From Marsupella aquatica (lineage: Eukaryota > Plantae > Marchantiophyta), in NCBI GenBank assembly GCA_973895155.1, contig OZ316893.1, positions 24,479,520 to 24,543,519 of the forward strand: a stretch of DNA of 64,000 nucleotides, in the 5' to 3' direction. The notes beneath the pieces are model-generated. The model worked only from the letters and a program-made list of their open reading frames with translations. It made no database searches and was not told the origin of the DNA. Both the position numbers and the translations under genes were made by a program. Below are positions 37,763-49,625 of this stretch, in pieces; positions within the stretch are counted from its first letter, which is position 1; each line of letters begins with the position of its first letter.

Positions 37763-38288
37763 GACTCTCAAAAGTACTAGTAACCTGCCCGGCCCGAAAT
37801 CTGCCAGTCGAGCTTCAAAATTGCAGTCAAAGAGGATGTTGCTGGCCTTGATATCACGATGAACGATGGTCAGATCTGAACCGTGACCAGTGCAAAAATG
37901 CCAGTCCTTAAACCCTAAACCCCTGGCTACCCCCCTTCAAGCGTGTTCTCCAGTCTAAACTTGCCATCGCTTCATCTAGCTCTTTGATGGAGTAAAGTGT
38001 CCTCACCCCCATTCTTCATGACTGTACTCATAAAGAAGTACTCTTCCCTTGCAATCAGCACAGTAACAAAGCAAGGCAACAAGATTCTCGTGCTTTACCC
38101 CCTAAAATACGCATTTCGACAAGAAACTCATTCTGCCCTTGTGCCACATCCTCCATTAACTACCGAGCGCCGTACAGCTGAGCACAGCTTTGTACACCCA
38201 GCCAAATTCTCCATCTGAAGATCCCTGATCCAGCTCCAGGCAAACGGGCCCCCCAGGAAACGCACTCCCCAGCGTGATGTACAGGAGC
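37763..38288 (-). pseudogene. Inverted partial copy of the TM and kinase region of the LRR-RLK (source 21471-22165) with an internal deletion
   Basis: The reverse complement matches the source directly, e.g. catcgtga(c/t)atcaaggccagcaacatcctc(c/t)ttgactgcaattttgaagctcga, gatggcaagtttagactggagaacac, ctgtacatcacgctggggagtgc. Source 21559-21717 is absent and there are many indels. Confidence 0.92.
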
Positions 38289-41200
38289 GGTAGATGCCTA
38301 TCTGCCACTACTACCATCATTTGAGATCCGGGGCAGCAGGGACAATCTGGAATTGTTGCAAATGTCCTCTAACTTGGAACTCGGTCACAAAGTCGCTCCT
38401 AGCCCGGCTTTGTGGAAATAAGGCCGGATTTGGGCTGATATCACATGTTCGCAGACATCTCGCAAGGGTTCATGTATTTCCTCGTCTCCAGTTCACTCGC
38501 TGCTGAACACTGACATACCCTGCTAGGCTTGCTTCAAACCAAAGTACGGAGTAACCTTTAAAGTATTACTTACTAAGGCTATTCGCAGGCTCGAAACTTG
38601 AAAAATATCCCAAATTAAACTAACAGATACCTGTGCGATCGATGAAATTGAGAATACGGAATCAGTGAAAACCAGATGTCGTAACGCCACTGACAGCATT
38701 AAGAATTTAAGAAACTGTGTGTTGAACGAGTTTTGCATAATCCATTGTACTTGTAATATATTGGCGGGCCCGAAACTACAGAATAAGGACAAGTCTTTGG
38801 GGAAACGATGACATTATTGAGAATCTGAGGTTTTCGGGGTTGCATTGCCTCTTTTTAGTTTGTCCTCTTTGGACCTCTTTCCCTTCATAGTACTTTCTTT
38901 GTTTCTTTTAGTATAAAGTATGGTTTTTCGTGTTTGGATCCGAATGAAGCTCTTAATAAACAAACAGGTTCCGCGCGCTGTGAATGGAATTGAGAATCGG
39001 GCCGAAACAAATATATAGATTGAAGTATCTTCTTGGAATTTGGTCACGGAAGTCAGCTGCTAGATAGGCTTTACGGAGATATTCCCTCATCTGAGCTAAC
39101 CGTCTAGTGGATACAGTCCAGTGATAGTACTGTAGCTACTGTTACATACGTGATTCACTAGGTGTGAACTTCCTGGCTCCATCGATTCCAGGGCCCCAAG
39201 ACGCCGATTGCTACTATGACAATCAGTTTCAATATAGTTTAAGCCAATGAACTAGTAGTACACGCCTGAACGCAGCTAGTCAGCCTCTTGCATTTTTGTA
39301 CCAACTACTCCGCTGACTAACTCCCTCACTCTCTCTCATGCTTCATCTTTCACCCCTCCCCTAGCTACCCACCCTCGACAATCTTCCTCGCGAATTAGCC
39401 TTCAGGATTTGGGCTGCTTGACTTCTCGGACTTGCAAGACGCTTCGAACGAAGAACTTACGACGCCAGAAATTGACACAAAGGATGTTTAGCATCATGGG
39501 ACGGTAGTTCGAAACCCGTCTGCTCCTAAACCCAATGCAGATAATGATTTATGAGGATGGCCTCGATCTTGACTACTGTGTCAGCTTCAATGATGTGCAG
39601 AAGCTGCCAGCTCCATACAATGTAGAACGCGGACAATCCAAAAGCTTTTATCCCAAAATTGAAGCTCAAAAGGTTAGAGAAATTCTCCAGAAGTATGTCG
39701 TTTTAAACATCACGATAATAGGGACATCATTATTCTCTTCGTCTCTTTATTCATTGATTTGCTTGAGCTGAGAACAGCTTGATCGGGATTCATTGATGTA
39801 CAAGGATCAAAGAAATTGCAGTACTGAGAGGAAGCGCTTGCGGATATGATCAATATTCCCTTCTTTAGCACGAATACTACCCGTTTCTCCATTGCAGCCG
39901 GTGGCCTGCGAAAAGGAAAAATCAAGAGCATAAAAACCATTGAGTGACGACCGTAAGTTAGTGATAGAAGTTTCAACATAAACGCTACACCTTACCGAAC
40001 TGCAAATGGACTAATGCTGTCAAATCAGACTGGGTAGAGAGAGAATGGAGCGATGAGCTGCATAGTATCTATCGACAAACTTTGGAGGAAACTATAAATG
40101 GCCTCTTTCATCAGAAAAGACGTATTCTTGCACTATCGAAACACGCGGCAGGAATAAAAACAGAGAGTAGACAACGTAGAGGCTCTGGTCTAGAAGGGTT
40201 GACAAAGCTGGTTTGCATGTTTCCATCCGGGATAAACCTCCAGGCAAAGCACAGCTAGAGTTCGCTGCTTTAGAACCTCAGTTGGCATGCAACCACGCTG
40301 GTCGTCCACATATTAAATGGGATCAGGATACTTTGTCCTTTGTGAACAACCAGCGGGATCAGGTAAATTAATCATCATGACAGCAATCTAAAGCCAACCC
40401 CGGGATCAACGCTGACAACATCCCTAGTATATCATCCAAATTTGTCATTGAGAGCAATCAACGGATATATAATTGCAAGTCAACCCTGTCAACTTCCCTT
40501 TGATGATCATGTCTCTGCTTCCACATATTCAGGTGTCAGTATGATCTCAAAGTATCTCTAGATATACTACCTGCAATGCTTAAACTACATTAGAATCCTA
40601 GTCCTGTGAATACCAACCTATTATAAACAATCTGCGTCCATGATAACGATCTCACGCAAAAACAGGAAATGCGCGTCTCTATTTTCGTACTTATATCAGT
40701 TGGCACAGTCATGGTGGTCATTCACGAGCGAAACCCTCGCAGTTCTGTACAATCACCAAACAAATTGAATGGTAACAATCACTGAAATGCAAGTCCCCTT
40801 CGGTGCTTATGTAACTCCTAGTCTCCGCCTTTCTACCGTCTGGATGATCTCAGAGTATGTCTACACATATTTACCTGCAATGTTTACACAAAACTATCAA
40901 CAGAATCTCCTCGACCTGTGTAGAACGAATACAAGCCTAGCTACTTCAATCTTCGTCCCTCCTGATGATTTTACGTAAAACTAAAGCAATGCGCATCGCT
41001 CTTTTCGTACTTACGTGCGCCGAGATGAATAGCGGTTGTCCAAGTTGTGTCCAGATCTATGCGAGCACCGGAATTGTGTTATTCCCCACTGTCCAGACAA
41101 TGTCAACTCATACTAGAGCTATTGACGCTGGCTCCAAGACTTCAAGCAGGTTATGCAAACACACATATATATATGACTTTCAGATTCGCGAGTCCGCCCC

Positions 41201-41399
41201 GTGGCTGACTGGACTGGAGACAACATCAATATCATGGAAGCGAACAATCATTTGCTTGAATGCAACTTTGAAAACAATGACTCATATCTGTGTGCAAAGG
41301 TTGAACTTTGTACTTCCGAGTGCTTCCATAGCTTCCAAGCTCAGATCCTCGCTGCTGCGTAGCGACCACCCAAGAGGTGAAATGATGTCAACGTTAAAA

Positions 41400-43000
41400 A
41401 CAAAAGCCTATTAAGCCATGGGCTCCTCCAATTCCCGACTGGAAAGTGAGAAAGAACATTACGAAGGATATAACAATTCCAAGTCAAGGTTCCCAAGCTG
41501 GACTCCTCCTTCAGTTGACACTACTTGACACAACCGGCCCCTCCGTCAGCAGATATTAATATTCACCAAGTGTGATCACGCAGCCTCACTTACGCTGACG
41601 TGGACTGGAGGTAGAACTGGTTCCAAACTTGGTACCGTCTTCTCTGAGTGGAGTAGCTAATCTACAGAATGGCGCGCATTGATTAAAGTCCCGCTAGTGG
41701 AGCAAAAAGGTTCTTCGCAATCAACATTTCAATTATACCTCCCACAAGCAAGCTCCCGTTCCTCTCACAAGCAGTACGTTCAAGAGAAGCCAAGGTTCTA
41801 GCTAGCCCTCTCTTGCTCAAGGTCAACATGCCAATGAAATTCTCAAGAAAATTGAATGGAAAACAATCTCCCAACCCATACTATTCCTTTCTTTGCAGGG
41901 CAAACATCCAATGTAGGTCCAACAGTAATGCAGATCCAGACTTCGCAATGCAACCGAAGTTTGAGACACTATCTTCAACACACAATTCTCATGATGACTT
42001 TCCATGATGACTATCCTTACTGGACAAGGACGAATTTGAACGTCTGATCAAGCCCTTAAGAATCAATAGCCTTCGGTGAGTATTTGAGACTTACTGACAT
42101 TCTCGTTCGTATTTTGAAGAAAACAAATCGGCATCGTAGCGTATTGCAAGTCTCCAACAGTCTCTATAGAATCATCTATACACTGTTGGAGCAGTGAAAA
42201 ATCGTGGAACGAACTCAGAGCAATGCCCGGATCTACTGGCCGCAGTCATCCTATCGATCTGATTAAATATACTTCTTGCATGATTTGGAGGTTCCGGGAG
42301 GTTGGCTGCAGATCACCTTTGATGAACAAACATGGCCTTCGGCGTCCGTGGATCAGAATCAACCAGAGTCACACGGTAGTCATTATCAGCAAAACCTAAC
42401 GAGACGTTCACTGAAAACAACGTCCAGTCTTGGAGACAACTTCAAACCAGTTTTGCTTAGTCATCTTTGACTCGATCCATCGTTAAGATGCAAGAAAATC
42501 GTTTTGGGCCCTTTACTCTTCAATGTCCCAAGCTCGACAAAGACTTCGAAGTGGTAATCAGCTTGGATCTGTGACTATTAAATTCGTTCCCATCCGAACT
42601 GGATTTCATGCCGGCGATGAAGTAGCTGCAGCGCCACCAGTCAGAGTTCAGCTTCAGATTCTAATGTAACTTCTGAAGTGTGTTTCAAGTCCTATTCAGA
42701 AAGAGGAGATCGACCCAGCAATGTTAATTTGTTAGACCGAAGTTACCTTCTCAGCATATATGTCATGCAACAAGCCCCGTTGTCCAAGCTAGGCGTGATG
42801 AAGAAATCGCACCCAAACATTGACAATCTGGACGATAGACAAGATCAATGTACATAGATGCCCATGGACTCTTGTGGAAGTGGATACTTCTTCTTCTCCT
42901 ACACAAGACTTCCAAGATCGAAGATTATTGGTCGCACGATCTTGATATCGGAAGCCTTTGAGGGAGAGGAAGAAGGAACGGACCACGAAATAGATTTGCC
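41400..43000 (-). pseudogene. Possible eroded LRR ectodomain remnant
   Basis: The 42789-42986 ORF reads FFLSLKGF...NNLRSWKSC, resembling an LRR N-cap. It is followed by LRR-like scraps (LRSNKLT, DGNEF). Confidence 0.3.
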
Positions 43001-46000
43001 CATGCCATCAGGAACATTCTCTAAATATCATAGAAGCCTCCTGGATGGATTGTAGCTGGCCTCTCACATTTCCCTTGCGCAGAACTTCAGTAACACTGAA
43101 CCACCCATGATCACCGACGAAACCTCTAACGTGATTGAAAACTGGTTAACAATCGTTCGAGTTCGGAACGGCAGTGCATTGCGTACATTAGGGCATCGAT
43201 TAAATAAACAACCCCCTATATACTAGCCTTTTTTACAGCTCACTTCCAGAAGACTTCAGAAACCTGCCATCGAGAAGTCTACGAACTTACCAGCAAAGGA
43301 GCGGCAAAACTGGTGCACGATGTGCGAGAAGCACCCGGGGAAGCACCGTAAACAATGATCCCAGAAGTCTCGTCGATACACGCAGCCTTACCTAAATCGT
43401 TAGTACTTTCGTGGGATCCCGTACTTTCCTGCACATCCTTCCAAATGGCCTTCGAGGTTAGGTCCCAAAGTCAAACCACAGGAACTTTTTAACCCAGCAA
43501 CAGGTCAAGGGTTCTCGTCCAATCTTTGCTGGAGAGAGTCACGAGCAAATACGTCATAAGTTGGAGATGTCTCGAGTGTCTGTGCCTAGCTAGAGGTAGT
43601 CATTTGACCAGAAAATTCTCTCACGACCCCTTTGTAACGCAGCAATCATATCGATGGCAGGAGCTACAGGTCAACATGTTTGCATCAGACTTCAAGCTAT
43701 GAACTCGTTCAGTTTGCACAGCTATTCTGAGCTAAGACCCCATTGGATAAGCGCAAGTTACAGTCAGGATACATTCTAGCTTTCAACCTCACATGAATTA
43801 CAGATAAGAAAATGGAGAAAAAATCGTGTACGCTGACACTATGACATCCACATAGATTGGGTTGTGGAATCCTCGACTTCTACCTGTGGTTTGGAGCATG
43901 ATGGGAATGATGGGAATGATGGTACGGCTAGAGGGGATAGACCTAATACCTATTCGTAAGTAATACCTGAAACCTTGAGATTCAAATTTGAGGGATACGC
44001 AGACGAATTTGTCCCTCCCTTCCCCGTGACTTTCGTACAGTACTAACGACTGTCGAAATTCGAAGCTGTGGAAAACTTGGTGAACGGATGCCCTTGAGAT
44101 GTAAGGAACCCCAAACGGCCGCTACGCATACTTCTTACTAAGACTTGGATTTAGTTCTGAGCAACAAATGTTAATATGGGATCTGAGAAGAAAGCATGAA
44201 AATCATAATTCCTATGCAAAGGTTCGCTGCCTTTGGCGATTCTTTGGTATCAACATACTAGCTGCACGCAGGACACACATCTCTGACAGTCAGGGTGAGA
44301 TTCGGAGAGGGTGAAGAAATGACGTACGAAGGATAGCTCGATCATTCTTTCCCGTAACGCAAGTTCTTGAAGCCCGGCCAGTATTTCAAGAAAAAGATAT
44401 ACTGTAGGTTCCGTTCCCAAATCGACGACGCTCAACGATGCAAACCCGTGTCACTAAAGAAGATTTCACGGTGATCCTTTCAGCCGTACTCACGGAACCC
44501 ACACACCACGGTACTCAGTGTCAAAAGCGTGAGTGACGTCTCATCATCAAAAGTAAAGTTCCCACCATGGAAGTGCATGTCGTAGGCTTTTGTGGTTGAG
44601 TATTTCAACGGCCATCTGTCTGCCGCAGTAACATTCTCGCGACTTAAAAACAAAGACTGGTCACTTTGAGCCATACATCCGAAGGGATTAGAAAATGCTC
44701 GGAGGATAATTCGTCTGTGAACCCGTTAACTCCATATATACTAGTGTGCGCACTGTAGAACCCATTTCTCCGTGGGACGTGGGCATACAGTAGACCCTTC
44801 CAGAATCCAGATTCTGCATGTCCTGACGATCATCATTGCGAGCAAGATGAAAGACTCATCATCATCACCTTTCAAAGGCAGAAGATCGTCAGGTCGTCAC
44901 GTTAAAACCACAACCCGTAAGGTGGTGGCTGGTCCATGGAACGGTCACTAAGTCTCCGGAGTATGGAGAGGACTGCTGCGATACACCTTTGTAGAGAACC
45001 ATGATTATTGGAAGTTCTGACGGTCAGAAGCAGCGTTATTAACCGCAGGCGCCATCATCATAATCATCATCACCGTTCCAAATTCTAACGCAATAGATCG
45101 ACACTAGCTGCGAGCGTCAACGCGGTGACACCGTAAGGCGATGCTCCCTTGGCGGAGTTCGCGCCAATGATACCGCAGCCAAGCAGTCCAGATTGCTCTG
45201 ACATGCATCAGAATGATGATCACTCCTACTTCAGAATGGTGCTGCAGTCCCGTACTTCCGGACCAGAGACTCCGAGAGACTGGGGAGGAGCTCTGCAAGT
45301 CATAATTTTATAGGGGATGCATTCTGGCCCTACTGGTACGGTGTACTCAGACCCAAGCACTCACTCATCACTCCTAGTCTTCTCTCTCTCCAGTCTTCTC
45401 CAGGTTCTCTCTCTCTCACACATGTCACAGGCAAACAAACGATCGAGGGACTGTCCGTCTACTAAACACACCCGCGCATTTCGGCTCTCGTGGTAATCCC
45501 AATTCAGCCAGTAATTCACCAAAGCCAGCCACCTACTGTACCCAAGTTCCTGATGAGAAATCATAGCTTCCTTGAAGAGTGGAGGTAGGCATCGAGGAAG
45601 ACGGATTGCTTTTGACCCGCTCGCACAAGTGGGACCCTTTTCAAGCAAGCCCCGCAAGGCAGGGCAAGAAAGAATCAGCTCTACAGTGGCAAAGCAGTAA
45701 ATCCTTATTATTATGCTGCAGCCAGTACTGTCTTGAATTCACGCTCAAGCCATCTGAAGTCCACTTTCATTGATTCTTTTTCATGATGGCCTAGACCAGA
45801 TGCGCCCCAGAAATCTGTCATAAGCTGGTGCCAAAGCCCAAAGCCACCGAGTCACCGACTTCGACAGTAAAAATTTGTTATTGAAGGCCAAGAAGAAGAG
45901 GGACTTCGAGATCAGCCTTCAGCCACACGAGATACAGGTGATCATGGCATTGTGAGAATAATATCTCACAATATCGTATCCATCCTTTACGGTATTTTAC

Positions 46001-46426
46001 AATACTTCAGTACTTGTGAAACTCTAGGCGATAATTGGCCGCACTCATGTTCGAAAATATTTGGATTTATCATGCACCGACATCCTGCACCATATATTGT
46101 CATTTTCATGTGTAATTATGGGATGTATTTGCTTAATCTATCCCCAAAATGAAACTTGTTACTTGATCAACCTTTGAGGTCTAGTTTATATGCTATTTTG
46201 GTTAGTCTTTGCCTCATCTTTATTTTTTGTCCAATCTTCATTCAGTTTGTCTTTATTGAGAGTCAATGTCACTTTTGTCCATATTCATTTAAAATGTCAA
46301 CTTTATTGAATCTAATTATCAGTTTTGTCTCTTTTGGAAGTTATGGTCTAAAGGTTTCACTCTAGACCTAGGCCCTTAAGAGTAGACTTTAAGTTATAGT
46401 AAGATGCAAACTCCAGTACTCCTTTA

Positions 46427-46700
46427 GAGCATCTCCAACAGTTTAGGGGTGGAACATTGCTAAACCCAGTGAATGACTAAACCCAAGACTAAACCCAAAT
46501 TTTAGATTATCATTGGAGGACTGGCAATTAGCAAAGCCCCATCTTAGATTTAGTCACCATCCTTTAGTGGATCTCCAACACTTTAGGGGTGAATCATTGC
46601 TAAACCTAGTCATTACTGCTAGACCCTAGGCTAAACCCAAAATTTAGAATTATCACTGGACGAGTGGAAATTAGCAAAGCCTGGCTTGGATTTAGTCAAT
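46427..46700 (+). mobile_element. Left part of a GAGCATCTCCAA-type Tourist MITE, tandemly duplicated (~140-bp unit)
   Basis: TTA followed by GAGCATCTCCAACAGT at 46427. A second copy, ttagtggatctccaacactttaggggtg, lies at ~46564. No clean right TIR was seen. Confidence 0.65.
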
Positions 46701-47199
46701 CGGCTGTTCCCCTGCAACTTCACTAGCGGTTCTGAGAAAAGCCAAGCAAAAGCCCAAACACCCACAAAGCCCTCACATAAATTAATAGGGCTTAACAGCT
46801 AGATACTTATATTGGGGCAAAATTTCATCTTAGTTAATTTTTGCACTTTATCCAAGCCAGGGCATTTGGAGATTTATCCTCTACATGTCTCTTGGTAAGG
46901 AAACTAGATCTGAACTGACAAGAGATAGGGATTATAAAATTGGAGTAAACAATCTTTCAAGGAATAAATTAAGACTATCACATTGTTGCTACTAGGGCAT
47001 TGGACAGTAATAGTCTCTCACAACTTGAATTAATTAAAGCTCTCGTTGTGGAGGCAGTGCAGCCAACAATGCTCAGAAAACAAGGGTTGCTATATATGTA
47101 TGCGTCCCAATTCCCAACTCACAAACCTTTCCCAAAATGAAAAAAAAAGTGCCTGCAAAATGTTGACTGTTGACTTGATTTATCAGCATAGTGTAGAGT

Positions 47200-47331
47200 A
47201 TGAAACAGAGGTACATTAAATAACCTGATGATGATTACTTCCCTAGACTCAAAGCAGCACCCATCATGAGACAGAGGTACATTAAATAAACTGATGATGA
47301 TTACTTCCCTAGACTCAAAGCACCACCCGTC
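47200..47331. repeat. 66-bp tandem duplication
   Basis: 47200-47265 and 47266-47331 are nearly identical. Confidence 0.92.
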
Positions 47332-48443
47332 AGTAAGTTAGCAGCAGGGGGCTAGGACTGTAACTCGGTGTGAGGCATAAACTCTTAGGATTACAACTAC
47401 GACTGTAACTTAACAGTAGTTGAGGCCCCGGTTGAGGCTAACCTGAGTCAAAGACTTGGTTATGTTAGTTATGTTGCACAATATATTCCCAGGCAATGTC
47501 ATTGTTACTGAGTCAGTTGAGAGATAGAGAGAACTTATATTACAAAAACTTGATATGGTCAGGATATGCCCCAGTCATGGGCCCACAGTGGAGTAAAGCT
47601 CTCATGTGTTCCCATAGATGTAGCCTAGGCTGAAGTGAACCACATATCTCCCTATGTCGACTACTTGTGCGTTGGATGATCACAGGCTTGTCGGTGTGAA
47701 TGTCATTTTTTCTCAACATGTGGTACCCTACATGAGATGTCAAGAAGAATGCCCCATCAAGGTCCATCATTGACAATCGATGGCCCTAGGAATTGCCTCA
47801 TTTTTAGGGGTCAAGTGTGCAAAGCCAGTCCCTACATTCTTGGAACCTAGAACAATAATTGGTGTGTGGAAGGAGCCAAGAACGCGAGCTTTTGGATATG
47901 AAAGTCAATGGTGCACATATTTCCCGTGATATTGCCTACAACCATGATGGTATTGATGAGGTATTGTTGCTTCACAACTCATTGGATGTCTATTAATTCC
48001 ATGGTCCCTTGCCGCACATCATTCTCGGAGGTTTTATCCACAACTTCAATCAGGGAAAGTTTGCAAATCTATATGTATGGTCATGGGGTCCTCACTTATT
48101 CCTTCTTACTCATCACATGCAAATAAGTATATTTATATTTAGGGCTTTTTTATTAGGTTTTGTGGAACCTTTTAGCTTTTTAAATTTAATTTTGAAAACA
48201 TGTTGTTTTTCAAGCTAATTCTGTGAATATATTATTATATTTCCCAAAAATAGATTAACAGTTATTAAACATTTTTTTCTTTTCTAGAATGTTATTATTT
48301 AAAATGCTCTGCATGATTGAGAAAAATATGATTGGTTTTCTCAAGGATTTTGTTTCAAAGATACATAAATGTACAAAAGTCTTTTAGACTAAAGCAGAAA
48401 TTGCAAGTCTCTATTGCATAATCATATATAAGTCTATTATACC

Positions 48444-48727
48444 CTTGGGGGTCTCACTATATGGATTTCTCCCCATCACATGCGACGTTTTTAGGACTCT
48501 GACCCCCTAAAATGTAAGAAAAAAAATCTTTTTCAACCCCTATAATGTTGAAATATTCCCAAAATTTGGTTATAAGGACCCTAATGTTCTTATAAGTCTC
48601 AAAATTGGATTTAAAAGACTCTATTGTTCTTCTCAGAAAATCCTTAAGTCTTCCCTTCAAACCAATAAAATGACTCTATACTTCATCGCACGTGATATGT
48701 CATTTTTGTGGAAGTGAAACCCCCGAG
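48444..48727 (+). mobile_element. MITE with 15-bp TIRs and 8-bp TSD ATTATACC
   Basis: TIRs CTTGGGGGTCTCACT / AGTGAAACCCCCGAG. ATTATACC at 48436-48443 and 48728-48735. Confidence 0.92.
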
Positions 48728-49328
48728 ATTATACCAACTTCAAAAAATCCACTAGCTATAAAATGCCAAAATTTCCACATGTGGTCACAAATCCAAGTCA
48801 CAAACTTCACTCATGTGATGGAAATTTTCACAATTATTCTATATTGTATAATAAGCTATTGTATGAATGATAATATTGTTACATAGATATGAGCATAAAT
48901 TCTAGAAACCAAGGAAAAAACAATTGAAATAGATTCTAAGAAATTCAAGATTGCATAGGCTACAAGAATTGATAAAATGCTTTGATAGATCATAGAAATC
49001 CAGAAGTAAGATCAACTATAAAAATTCCTTTCACTTAATAGAGAGTAAAAATATTTTATAATGTGTAATTATGCTCACCATTTTGAGTGTCAAATAGCAG
49101 CTTGGTCTAGTCATCAAGATCCCAATTGAAAGTCAAATTTTGCGATCATTACGGACCCCACTAGAGGTTCCTTCCAAAATTCCTGGCACCACAGCGTGCC
49201 ATGTCAGCAACAACCGCAACAAACAAGAATGGTCATGTTTGCGCAACGAATAAACTCCTCTCCATCTTGTTTACGTCGCTTTTTGTGTAATTTTATGGAC
49301 GCCGTGCCGTCAAAACATAATGTAAAAG

Positions 49329-49625
49329 CTCAGGGGTCTCACTATATGGGGACCTCCCCATCGCCTGCGACGTTTTTAGGCCTCGGACCCCCTAAAATGT
49401 AAGAAAAAAAAATTATTTATTAACCCCTATAAAGTTGGAATATTCTTGGAATATTCTAAAAATTGGATTAAAAGGACCCTAATGTTCTTATAAGTCTCAA
49501 AATTGAATTTAAAAGACCCTATTGTTCTTCTACAAAAATTCTTAAGTCTTCCCTTAGAACCAATAAAATGACCCTATCTTTCGTCGCACGTGATATGCCA
49601 TTTTTGTGGAAGTGAAACCCCCGAG
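49329..49625 (+). mobile_element. Second copy of the same MITE with 8-bp TSD TGTAAAAG
   Basis: TIRs CTCAGGGGTCTCACT / AGTGAAACCCCCGAG. TGTAAAAG at 49321-49328 and 49626-49633. Confidence 0.92.
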
